From a virus: DNA of 64,000 nucleotides. The DNA is taken from the IMG/VR virus record IMGVR_UViG_3300028581_000012; one strand, given 5' to 3'. The position numbers and the translations under genes were made by a program. A model generated the notes under the pieces. It was not told the DNA's origin and did not search any database. It saw nothing but the letters and a program-made list of their open reading frames with translations. Within the stretch, counting starts at the first letter, position 1. Every line of letters starts with the position of its first letter. Shown here piece by piece: positions 21,301 through 29,635 of the stretch.

Positions 21301-24300
21301 GTATTCTTATATGTGTAAATTTTTTCGGGTCTACCAATAAAAGAATTGTCACCAAAGTCAGCCCTTGTAGAATCAGAAAAATCTAAGTTATAAGGTGGAA
21401 ACCACATAATTCGACCACCATTAGGTCCTCTTTCACAAGCAGGTAAATCTTCAGTGGTAAATCCAGGTTTGTTAGATGTTCTCCAAGCTAAATTTTCCAA
21501 AGACAACATGTATTTTTTTACTTGCCCATCAATAATGTTTGTTGACTGACCATTCTTGTCATTGTGTGGAACAATATTCAAATTATATGTATTATCAAAA
21601 ACAGAATAAGTATAGTTTCTAATATTACCTTCAGTTTTCTGTAGTTGTGAATAAGTTAAAAAAGGAGTATCCTTTGTGAATAATCTACAATATTCAAAAC
21701 CTTTCAATGAGCTACTACTACTGTCAATTGAATTTTTTGTTGTATATCTAATAACCCTTGAACCCTTAGTCATTTCAACATAACCGTCATTAAATACTTT
21801 TGATATTTGGTTTATTGCAGTACCAACATGTTCTAATTTTTTTATTCCACTTCTATCTGCAGAATCTACTAATTTTTGTGTGGTGTCTAATATTGAACCA
21901 TCCCTCCAAACATTATTTTCTTCTATTTTCCAAGATTCAGTATCTTTAAAGGCTGATTCAAAGTTTTTTGTAAACACATCATTAGTACCAAATCTTTGTA
22001 GACCGCCAGGTCCTGCCAATTCACCAACTTTAAAATATCCTCTTTTTGATGCCCAAGTAAATCCTCCACCAATAGTCGTTGTACCATCAGAATAACTTCT
22101 TGTATTTAATCCAAATTTAAATTTTTGAAAATTTTCACCTTCATAGTATTTTCCTATTTCACCAACAGAATAAACGGGAGCACCACTTGGTTCTCCATTT
22201 TTATCTAAAGGTTGAGCATTTGCAGGTGAAATTAAACTTGAAAAAATATCATCAGAATCTCCACCTCCATAAAAATTTGGTTTGGGTGCAAATAAAGTTG
22301 GTCTTCTTAATGTTAACCCGCTGTAGTCGGGTCTATAAGTATTATAAAAAAGTTGTCCAAACAATAAACTTCTTGTCGCGTTTGAAGTGTTTGCCAACAT
22401 CAACTTTGAACCTCTTTTGTTTTTTTGTCCTGTGATAGTTCTTATAGCTCCCATGACTGTACTTGTTAAAACTTCAACAGGATTTTCAACAAGTCTATTT
22501 AACATTCTTTTATCGGGGTAGTCAAAGTACTCGCCAGGGATTATTGAATATGGTGAATATAATCCTCCAAGTTTTGCTGTAAAATTTAAAGCCCTACCAA
22601 TTAATGATTCAGGTGAAGTGATAACATAATTTCTTGCCAATAATGGAATATTTCCCGATATAATACCGGCAGCATCAAATGGATTTAAATTTGGTTTAAC
22701 TGAAACACCCCCACTATCAGGGTCAATTTCAGAATCAAGAGCGTTTATTCTACCCAAAGTTTGGGATACTAACTCACTTGCGATTCTATATCTATATTCT
22801 CTTCTTAATTGTCTTGCACCTATAAACGCTAAAGCGGAATCTTGGGATAGACTACCATTGGAGCCTGCCGGATTATCACTTAATAAAATATTAATAGGTT
22901 TATAGGTTGATGGTATAAAGTTAATTGGTGTTAATGAATTAGCATAGGCATTACCATAACTTGTTGGTATAATGTCGTCTATTGTGATTAAATCATAGTT
23001 TCCGTCACCAGTTACATACTTGTTGTTTATGTAAGCCTCATTTTCTTTTTTAGACCCCACAACTTCCAACTCAGAACCTTTAGTACTTAAATAATTATAT
23101 TCACCACCATTAGATAATTTTCCATTATTAACGTTTATGTCAACAGTATTTATCGGTGTGTTTTGCGGTGTGTATTCATTAAGTGGAATTAAATCGGTTC
23201 TAAAAGAGTTAGCATCTTGTTCTAATTCACTATTAATGGTATCACCATAATCATAGTTTCCTTCGTTACTATTTGTTTGAACATTGTTATTTATTGAAAC
23301 TTCGCTTTGTGATTGTCCATTTACAGGACCATATTGATTAATAGGAAACAAGGTAAGTCTAATAGTTTCAGCCTCAGTTTCTAATTTACTATTTATCGCA
23401 TCACTTGGGTCATATTCTTCTTCATTTGGGTTTGTTTGATAGTTGTTCCAAGGAAATACTGAAATTGTGTAGCCAGCAACTGGACCATATTGATTAAGTG
23501 GATATAAAACATTTCTTTCACTGATACCTTCCAATTCTAATTCACTACCAACGGTATCTGAAAAGTCATATTCACCTTCATTTGAACCTAATGATAATAT
23601 ATTATTAATAGAGTATTTTGTTGAACCGTATCCTGGAGCCGAAGTTGCTGGTGTATATTTATTAATAACCCTCATCAGAACTTCTTGTTCATTACCTTTT
23701 GTTTCTAAATAACTTCCTATAGTGTCTGAAATATTATACACTCCAGAACCAACGGTTTGTACCACTTGGTTGTTTTGTATCCAATAAACGGGAAAACCAA
23801 AACCTGTAGTTGTTGGCTTATATACATTTAAAACTTTTAATTCAATTTCTTTTTGGTTACCAATTGAATTTAAATAACTGTTAACTGTATCGGCAACTGA
23901 ATATTCTCCTTGTCCATTTGTTAAAATGTTTTTTAAATTGTTAATCCAATAAACGGGGAACCCAAAGTCAGGCCCTGTACTTTTATAAACATTTCTTACT
24001 TTAGATAAAATTTCTTGTTCGTTACCAATTGAATTTAAAAAACTATTTTGTGTGTCTGAAATTGTATATTCACCTTCACCTCTTGATTGGATTGTTTGAT
24101 TATTATTTATAAACCAAACAGTATCACCAAAACCTCTATCATTTCTATTAAGTGGTTTGTATAAATTTGTAACAATTAATTCTTTTTCTTTTGTATCACC
24201 AATTTTTTCTAATTCGCTACCAATCGCTAAAGGATAACCATATTTACCTTTATTTGTTTCTTGTTGTAAATTTTTGTTAATTTCGACCGTATCCCCATAT

Positions 24301-24869
24301 GAAGTTGAAAATTCAGTTGGTCCATAGATGTTATTAACAAAAAGAATTTTTTCTTGACCATCCCCAATTTTTTCTAAGTCACTACCAATCGCTAAAGGAT
24401 AACCATATTTACCTTTATTTGTTTCTTGTTGTAAATTTTTGTTAATTTCAACGGTATTCCCATATGAAGTGGAAAATTCAGGTGGTCCATATATGTTATT
24501 TACAAAAAGAAGTTTTTCTTGACCGTCTCCAATTTTTTCTAACTGTGAACCTATTGAGTTTTTAAATCCATAAAGACCAAAATTGGATTCAACATTTAAA
24601 TTAACATTTATTTGAACAGTATCACCGTAGGTTGAACTTGAATTTTCAGGTCCGTATTTATTTTGTTTGTAGAGTTCTTTTTCTTGTACGTTACCAATAG
24701 TTGATACCTCAACGGAGTCTTTTACAGCATAATCAACAATTTGAAACTCTTTATTTTGAGCAACGTCTCCAAAACTAAAAGAATCGTCAACACGGTATGG
24801 TTTAAGATTTCTTGTCAGTAATCTTTTTCTAAAATTTTCAGAAGAATTAAATGAAAGTGGACTATCCAT
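18309..24869 (-). CDS. Very large tail protein: ~55-aa repeats, tube-initiator-like domain and OmpA-like domain
   Basis: 2186 aa between tape measure and LysM gene. GRIMWFPPY...FIGRPEKIYTYKNTERSG and FGSPPILVLRVGDFY...QPMVANISLSF halves flank GTAS...NQNLSERRNDSV...CRRT. Confidence 0.7.
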   Translation of the reverse strand: MDSPLSFNSSENFRKRLLTRNLKPYRVDDSFSFGDVAQNKEFQIVDYAVKDSVEVSTIGNVQEKELYKQNKYGPENSSSTYGDTVQINVNLNVESNFGLYGFKNSIGSQLEKIGDGQEKLLFVNNIYGPPEFSTSYGNTVEINKNLQQETNKGKYGYPLAIGSDLEKIGDGQEKILFVNNIYGPTEFSTSYGDTVEINKNLQQETNKGKYGYPLAIGSELEKIGDTKEKELIVTNLYKPLNRNDRGFGDTVWFINNNQTIQSRGEGEYTISDTQNSFLNSIGNEQEILSKVRNVYKSTGPDFGFPVYWINNLKNILTNGQGEYSVADTVNSYLNSIGNQKEIELKVLNVYKPTTTGFGFPVYWIQNNQVVQTVGSGVYNISDTIGSYLETKGNEQEVLMRVINKYTPATSAPGYGSTKYSINNILSLGSNEGEYDFSDTVGSELELEGISERNVLYPLNQYGPVAGYTISVFPWNNYQTNPNEEEYDPSDAINSKLETEAETIRLTLFPINQYGPVNGQSQSEVSINNNVQTNSNEGNYDYGDTINSELEQDANSFRTDLIPLNEYTPQNTPINTVDINVNNGKLSNGGEYNYLSTKGSELEVVGSKKENEAYINNKYVTGDGNYDLITIDDIIPTSYGNAYANSLTPINFIPSTYKPINILLSDNPAGSNGSLSQDSALAFIGARQLRREYRYRIASELVSQTLGRINALDSEIDPDSGGVSVKPNLNPFDAAGIISGNIPLLARNYVITSPESLIGRALNFTAKLGGLYSPYSIIPGEYFDYPDKRMLNRLVENPVEVLTSTVMGAIRTITGQKNKRGSKLMLANTSNATRSLLFGQLFYNTYRPDYSGLTLRRPTLFAPKPNFYGGGDSDDIFSSLISPANAQPLDKNGEPSGAPVYSVGEIGKYYEGENFQKFKFGLNTRSYSDGTTTIGGGFTWASKRGYFKVGELAGPGGLQRFGTNDVFTKNFESAFKDTESWKIEENNVWRDGSILDTTQKLVDSADRSGIKKLEHVGTAINQISKVFNDGYVEMTKGSRVIRYTTKNSIDSSSSSLKGFEYCRLFTKDTPFLTYSQLQKTEGNIRNYTYSVFDNTYNLNIVPHNDKNGQSTNIIDGQVKKYMLSLENLAWRTSNKPGFTTEDLPACERGPNGGRIMWFPPYNLDFSDSTRADFGDNSFIGRPEKIYTYKNTERSGKLDFDIIVDHPSISNLLVDQEFKDIRPESEMTKVMDSFFAGCLKYDLYTLTRRFAFLAPQDIQTAINLIKYPEQATTIVKETPEPEPTKTEEVKSTPPASNDKISDPKFEEIFLFFENAQPNDSSGTSTSKDFEYWYNQYVADKNNYTTVKPLNKVFKYSDANKVALNTTTTPNFSLKEYVDARKETVGGFFSNIETEFQDLKEFLGEVFNILNGGGEVSFDLLGTASSTNTSGNQNLSERRNDSVLKFIENFKVNDKTLKTFTESNPPKLRITKKAEGSSGTIKDPKYSEIECNKAFKSPYEEGIYSVQAMACRRTKIGNITFKPAPPVQSQTPPAQTESTTPNPTAAETTTPKPTPQNEIINNFKQTPQYKDLAKKIIRRLLTECNYFQMIKEENPIVYDNIRSKFQYFNPVFHSITPEGLNSRLVFLQQCMRPGDTIPTVSQTAGGNFKLDYSDAFNSAFGSPPILVLRVGDFYHTKIIPKDLSISYSNQAGALFDLNPEGIGVQPMVANISLSFDMIGGHGLAGPVAELQNALSFNYYANTEMYDERATITEDVTSQYDAEFFEAIRTNPLAKPQQLQQNKIGTTIGKQDTYKYDTTLSGFTGVLSYKENMKNFIDLTKDYSQNVLQNLKNINSKLLIGGILIFTKDRKYQNGYFNNINQPATNLVKIFGKSEYEEKVNLLFSGAKDDIENETSPILASLNLQNFTNISTRKIKRKLKDMIESRQSTYLSVLSDASNNIVNSEVNETKMIDVLDQLNYVCNAFDGYANDKNEILVFSLTGTTPVDASNTSYANTLDELRGDLQIVGSKLSAFTNNLETYSLIPTDNEEVYNDNFQFNTFIDSDPLAISPEENRFFMVFGKEIIDDYNKFVNEVVDVVNNNERKTEWTNYLKSNLGINPQDGSELPTGIVAQYKSSKDFVDKRFESFETNYYNSVFCATCSYDINKDKERKMNFSQVLFPNQIEVDNMKAINSSVNSTGDEYNLKVSFN
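23010..24710 (-). repeat. About 10 degenerate ~55-aa repeats, two near-identical at 165-nt spacing
   Basis: LEKIGDGQEK.LFVNNIYGP.EFSTSYG.TVEINKNLQQETNKGKYGYPLAIGS duplicated; aattttttct recurs at 24201, 24366 and 24531. Confidence 0.9.
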
Positions 24870-24906
24870 TTATTTGTTTATTTTATAAATAGATATTTTT
24901 TTATTT

Positions 24907-26967
24907 TTATCCTCGTTTTTGAGTAATTAATGCATTCGATAGTTTGTCAGAAAATTCTGCACTTAATCTTGTATTCACTGTATTCATAATTGTTTCTTTA
25001 AGTTGTGAAGCATCTAACACCTGACTTATTAAGTTTTGTGGAATATTTGTATTAATATTTAAAGTAACTTCAGTTTTACCACCAATTTCAACGGTTTGTT
25101 TAACTTCCATAGGTGGTTGTGAAATTGTTCCGATTTTACTCATCAAGTCTGTTATAGAAGGTGTTGGTGCTGCAACAGCATTTTGATACTCCAAGTTTGT
25201 TATGGAAGATGTGGGTGTAGCACTTGCGTTTTTATACATCATAGATAAATCACCACCTTTAGGTATTCCAATCTCTTGAAGTCTTTTTTCAGATTCATTG
25301 TATTTTGCAAAGAAATCACTTATACCAGGACTAAATAACATTTCATCAGCGGTGTTAGGTAATAATTGCCCAAAATCTGTTTTCACCATACCGCTTCCAC
25401 CTGAAGGTATAAATGCATCGTTGATTGTAGCCGCAGGACCTGCTGGTGTTGGTAGTGGTATACTTCCGACCAATAATGATATACTATCAACCAAAGTTGC
25501 AATGCTATTTGTTAATGTTGTTAAGTAAGTTTGAACTACAGTAGAAAAGTTTTGGTAGGCTACAACTATAGCGTCACCTCCAGCTTGATATTGTTTTTGG
25601 AACTCGGCAAACATTTTATCGTATGTTGGTGCAATTTTCCCATACATTGTTTCATCTTCACCAGATTTAACAATTTTTTGACCTCTATCTAATCCCATAC
25701 CAAAAATACCTTGGTTTTGAATTGTCTGTAAAGTTAATAACATTTTGTCTGAAGTACTTAACTGATTTTGAGCATTTGTATACATAGCCAGTTGTAAGGC
25801 TGCTGGGTCATTTGAAATTTTTAAATCTTCACCATACTTATTCAATGCATCCATAAAGCCCGGATTATTCATTGCTGTTTGTAAATCTTGGACTCCGCCT
25901 TCAAACCCAGGTAAGTCAATTTTTACTGAACCCCCTGGACCAATTTCTGCTAAACTTGCTACCAAATTTTTCTGTTCTTCAGAAATTGTTGAGGGGAATG
26001 TTATTCTTGATGCAATTTCTTGCTCCTTTCTCATATTAATCGCACCCTTAGCTACATCTTCATATGATAATCCTAAAATGTCAGCCTGTTGTCTTAATCT
26101 TAACATTTCTTCACCAGAAATTTTAAAATCACCGGTTGTTTCATTAAATTGAACGGCAGATGCAGAAGCATTAATTATTTGGTCTTGAAGACCTTCCATA
26201 TCATACTGAGCCATATGAATTAATTGAAATGGGTCACCCAGAGCTCCTATGTTTCCTCCAAGTGCCTGTAATTGACTAGCCATTTCTATGGCCCTTTCAG
26301 GTCCCCCATCCAAAATTTTATTTGCGGTTACTTGAGCTTTTTCTAATGAAAATCCAACTCTTTGAGCCTGTGCTGCCATTTTAGTTAATCCATCCACACC
26401 ATTTCTAAATCCATAAATCTGTGTTTTGTATAAATCCTTTGAAACCGCCGAGGTTAATTTACTAGCATTCAGTCCTGAGGCCTTTGCGGTGGCGGCGACT
26501 TTGTTCATTATTTCTACAGATTTAGACTGAGTTACACCATAAGCTGTCATATTTGAAATTAATTCTCCAACCACTTCAGGTGTTGCTCCAATTGTCTTTC
26601 CGAATATAAGAGCGTCTTTAGTTGTTTGGGCGTTAATTGGTACCAAACGTTCCATTGCGGTACCAACTTTATCTAAATATTTTCCAGTATCATTAAACGC
26701 AATTCCAAATTCTAAACCACCTTTATAAACATCATAAATAACTTGTTCAAACTTTTTGGCACTAGTTGCCATTCCATTACCTAAAGTTGTATTAAACTTT
26801 TTAGCATTACTTTCTAAAGTTAAAAAGAAATCTTCAATTCTTTGTAAAGATGTAGCATCGTTGAATGCTTGATTAACTTTTTGTGCAAAGTTAGAAACTA
26901 ATTGGTCTTCGGTATATAAACCTGGCGTAGTAGATTTAAATGGGTCAGTAGTTTGTAAAAGCCACAT
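24907..26967 (-). CDS. Tape measure-like protein
   Basis: Helical Ala/Gly/Gln-rich 686 aa (LTKMAAQAQRVGFSL...ERAIEMASQLQALGG), downstream of tube and chaperone genes. Confidence 0.72.
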   Translation of the reverse strand: MWLLQTTDPFKSTTPGLYTEDQLVSNFAQKVNQAFNDATSLQRIEDFFLTLESNAKKFNTTLGNGMATSAKKFEQVIYDVYKGGLEFGIAFNDTGKYLDKVGTAMERLVPINAQTTKDALIFGKTIGATPEVVGELISNMTAYGVTQSKSVEIMNKVAATAKASGLNASKLTSAVSKDLYKTQIYGFRNGVDGLTKMAAQAQRVGFSLEKAQVTANKILDGGPERAIEMASQLQALGGNIGALGDPFQLIHMAQYDMEGLQDQIINASASAVQFNETTGDFKISGEEMLRLRQQADILGLSYEDVAKGAINMRKEQEIASRITFPSTISEEQKNLVASLAEIGPGGSVKIDLPGFEGGVQDLQTAMNNPGFMDALNKYGEDLKISNDPAALQLAMYTNAQNQLSTSDKMLLTLQTIQNQGIFGMGLDRGQKIVKSGEDETMYGKIAPTYDKMFAEFQKQYQAGGDAIVVAYQNFSTVVQTYLTTLTNSIATLVDSISLLVGSIPLPTPAGPAATINDAFIPSGGSGMVKTDFGQLLPNTADEMLFSPGISDFFAKYNESEKRLQEIGIPKGGDLSMMYKNASATPTSSITNLEYQNAVAAPTPSITDLMSKIGTISQPPMEVKQTVEIGGKTEVTLNINTNIPQNLISQVLDASQLKETIMNTVNTRLSAEFSDKLSNALITQKRG

Positions 26968-26987
26968 ATTCTTTTATTTGATAAATA

Positions 26988-27167
26988 CTATTTTGGTTGA
27001 TTTTCTTCAACAAGTTTATTTATAAAGTACTTTCTTTCAAATGTGGGCATTTGTGTGACATCTCGGTATGAAAATCTACCGTACTTAACCAAATAATAAA
27101 TTTCGTCCAATAAATATTTTTGATAATCAGAAGAAAGGGCGAAAAAACTCCACCCCAAAAGTAACAT
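26988..27167 (-). CDS. Second tail assembly chaperone ORF (gp51/gpT-like), +1 frame relative to upstream chaperone
   Basis: Not in track (59 aa): MLLLGWSFFALSSDYQKYLLDEIYYLVKYGRFSYRDVTQMPTFERKYFINKLVEENQPK. The FSY.D...MP..ER..F pattern is typical of these chaperones. Confidence 0.78.
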   Translation of the reverse strand: MLLLGWSFFALSSDYQKYLLDEIYYLVKYGRFSYRDVTQMPTFERKYFINKLVEENQPK

Positions 27168-27879
27168 CGATAGTCACTTTTTCTCCAGACGGGGTTTGAA
27201 TTACTTTTTGTAAATCTATTTTTGGTTCGCATTTATTTGAAAATTTTCTAAGGTCCTTCGCATCTGATATTGGCATTTGATTTATAAATTTAGTTATTTC
27301 TAAAGTATCTTTAACTCCATCTATTTCAACTATTTGTTTTTCCAACCTTTTTGTTGCGATAGGTGCCGTCATACCTTTTGGATATTGTGAAACAATTTTA
27401 TCAATTTCTTTTTGGTCACCAATTGTTAGAAGTTTAAATTTAACCATTTTTTTTGACTTCGGAAGAAGGTATGAAAATAACCCTTCAAAATCAGGATTAT
27501 GTTCCATTTCTTTATAATCCAAAGAGTCCAACAAAACTGTTGTTTCAAATGTTTTTTGTGTATTTGGGTCGGTAACCGTAAAATTATATTCAGGTCCAAA
27601 CGCAGTGTTTCTAAGAAAAATTAATACAGCCTGAACGTCACAATCTAACATATCGTTAATATTAAATCCTGGTTCATAAATTTTTTGTCTTAGTAACGTA
27701 TAGATAATTCCTTCCTTATCATTGTTTTGTGACATTAAAGTGTTTTCATCATTAGCCGTTAAATAACCAACTTTAATAGAATCTCTTTTTGGTTTGTAAA
27801 AAACACCTTTTGATGGTAATTTTATTACATCGTGTGGTAATGAAAAATTTTCCTGACCATATTTTATATTATCTTCCAT
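27127..27879 (-). CDS. Baseplate hub assembly / tail chaperone (T4 gp26-like)
   Basis: LPSKGVFY, YLTANDENTL, DVQAVLIFLRNTAFGPEY, C-terminal FGVEFFRP. Confidence 0.8.
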   Translation of the reverse strand: MEDNIKYGQENFSLPHDVIKLPSKGVFYKPKRDSIKVGYLTANDENTLMSQNNDKEGIIYTLLRQKIYEPGFNINDMLDCDVQAVLIFLRNTAFGPEYNFTVTDPNTQKTFETTVLLDSLDYKEMEHNPDFEGLFSYLLPKSKKMVKFKLLTIGDQKEIDKIVSQYPKGMTAPIATKRLEKQIVEIDGVKDTLEITKFINQMPISDAKDLRKFSNKCEPKIDLQKVIQTPSGEKVTIDVTFGVEFFRPFF

Positions 27880-27922
27880 AGTTTTTTAATAAAAAAATAC
27901 TTTACAAAATACGTTAGTAAAT

Positions 27923-27952
27923 AAAAAATCCCATCATATTGACGGGATTTTT
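27923..27952 (-). terminator. Intrinsic terminator after tail tube gene
   Basis: AAAAATCCCGTCA-ATA-TGATGGGATTTTTT. Confidence 0.75.
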
Positions 27953-27973
27953 ATAAAAATTTGAATTATTTTT

Positions 27974-28462
27974 TTAGTAAACTAATATACATCTATCAGG
28001 TTGCAATTTTATTTCTACTGTTGATAAGTCCGCACTACCATAATCGGCACCATCAAAAGATGCACTTGTTATAAGACAGTTTTGAAGAATCCATTTTTCT
28101 ACTGCAACTCCTGTAGGGTCTAACATTTCTAAATCAACGTCTTTTTTATAACCAGCAGCGTAACCCATACGACCAGTAACTGACTCAGCATGTAAACGTA
28201 CCCATTCCATTACTGCCTGTGTCGCAGAAGGACCAATTGGGTCTCTAAATTTAACTGTGATTTCACCCCATTTAAAGTTAGTTGATACGTAAGTTTCGGT
28301 GTTCAAAAATTTAATTTCTTTTTTATCAATTGTAATTGAAGGTTTACCTGAACTTTCAACATACCAAGAGTTAATCCCCAATGATGAAGGGAATGTTAAT
28401 ATAAAACGATTTTTTAATTTCGGTTCATACTGAAAGGGCATTCTCATTAATAAATCAGCCAT
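27974..28462 (-). CDS. Tail tube protein (T4 gp19-like)
   Basis: YEPKLKNRFIL, KWGEITVKFRDPI, AVMEWV, YKKDVDLEMLDPTG..VEKW. Confidence 0.9.
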   Translation of the reverse strand: MADLLMRMPFQYEPKLKNRFILTFPSSLGINSWYVESSGKPSITIDKKEIKFLNTETYVSTNFKWGEITVKFRDPIGPSATQAVMEWVRLHAESVTGRMGYAAGYKKDVDLEMLDPTGVAVEKWILQNCLITSASFDGADYGSADLSTVEIKLQPDRCILVY

Positions 28463-28562
28463 ATCTTTTGTTTTTTGTTTTTTTTATTTTTATTATAAAT
28501 ATCTGTAAATTAATTTTTTCTATTTACTTTGAATTTTTTTAAAGTTATCCTATAACTAGAAC

Positions 28563-29453
28563 TTAATATCTAGTTTTATTACCTCCTTTAGTTAAATATA
28601 AGTTTACTGGCGATTCTTCATATTCTTTTGATATTAATTCTTTAATTTTTTCAATATTTCTTAAATCGTCATCTGAAAAACCTATATATGGTTCCCAAGA
28701 AGCGTTAAACTCCAAATCATTTTTAAACATTGGATTACCGTCCACCCCATACTTACTTTTTAATTCACTTGCCAAACTTCTACAATAAGATACAAAGTTT
28801 TTGAGTGCATCAAACTTTGCTTGTTCAGGGTTAGCTGCATTATTTGCCCCATAAGATACGGGTTCAAATTTACACATATCTAAATACTCGTTAAGTTCTG
28901 CCGGTGACAAAGACTTTACGGTTTTATCACTACTCACTTTGTTTCCTATATCTCTATATTTATGAAGGTTTTTTGCCAATTCTCTTGAATCCAAACCATT
29001 TTTATTACTCATTATAAGATTATAAACAGCCTCTCTTAAAGTTTTTGGACTATGACCTCTAGCGGTAATAATAGCAAATATAGACCCACCATTAATACAC
29101 TCCACAAAATCAGGCCAAGCAGGTCCCGTTTTTGCAATCATAGAGTCAATAATAAATCTTTTATTACCCGGTTCTCTAAAGTTTTTAAATGCACCAATAG
29201 AATATGCAACTATTCTTTTTCCCTTATAATTAAAAGATTCAAAACCAATTTTTTCACGATATTCAGCAAAGTCTTCAGTTGACATTTGAACTTCATTTTC
29301 ATCTTCATCCATAACAAGAATTGAAGTTGGCATAAACATAATATTGTCATCCCAATCAAACGCATAATATTTTAAGTCGGGTCTACCTACATCATCAAAA
29401 CCTTCGTTCAATCTTTGTCGAACAAATTTTCTAACATACCCTTTTATATCCAT
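28563..29453 (-). CDS. HAD-superfamily phosphatase-like protein
   Basis: AFDWDDNI (motif I), IITARGH (motif II), conserved K, GFSDDD (motif IV). Confidence 0.7.
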   Translation of the reverse strand: MDIKGYVRKFVRQRLNEGFDDVGRPDLKYYAFDWDDNIMFMPTSILVMDEDENEVQMSTEDFAEYREKIGFESFNYKGKRIVAYSIGAFKNFREPGNKRFIIDSMIAKTGPAWPDFVECINGGSIFAIITARGHSPKTLREAVYNLIMSNKNGLDSRELAKNLHKYRDIGNKVSSDKTVKSLSPAELNEYLDMCKFEPVSYGANNAANPEQAKFDALKNFVSYCRSLASELKSKYGVDGNPMFKNDLEFNASWEPYIGFSDDDLRNIEKIKELISKEYEESPVNLYLTKGGNKTRY

Positions 29454-29590
29454 TACTTTTGAAGTTTTTCTAAAAGTTTTTCTAACTGACTTTCAGTTAC
29501 AATTACGTTTTGTTTTTTTGTTGAGTAAGTAGAATCGGATGTTTGTCTTATTCCGACAGATTCTTTAATAACTTTCTTTTTAATTTTCAT
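29453..29590 (-). CDS. Small hypothetical protein (45 aa)
   Basis: Not in track: MKIKKKVIKESVGIRQTSDSTYSTKKQNVIVTESQLEKLLEKLQK; TAATG stop/start coupling to the HAD gene. Confidence 0.7.
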   Translation of the reverse strand: MKIKKKVIKESVGIRQTSDSTYSTKKQNVIVTESQLEKLLEKLQK

Positions 29591-29604
29591 TTTTTTAAAA
29601 TTTT

Positions 29605-29630
29605 AAAAATAAGTAGGGGTTTCCCCCCAC
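29605..29630 (-). terminator. Intrinsic terminator after sheath gene
   Basis: GTGGGGG-GAAA-CCCCTAC followed by TTATTTTT. Confidence 0.7.
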
Positions 29631-29635
29631 ATTTA

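Noticed and set aside
10975-24710. Tandem repeats as possible CRISPR arrays or DGR template/variable repeats
   Set aside because: Repeats are in-frame coding units without unique spacers or adenine-specific mismatches, and no cas or reverse transcriptase gene is present in the window
27020-27232. 70-aa track ORF in the -1 frame of the chaperone (classic -1 frameshift product)
   Set aside because: The peptide has no recognisable features, whereas the +1 frame encodes the chaperone-like MP..ER motif and ends flush with the next gene's upstream motif
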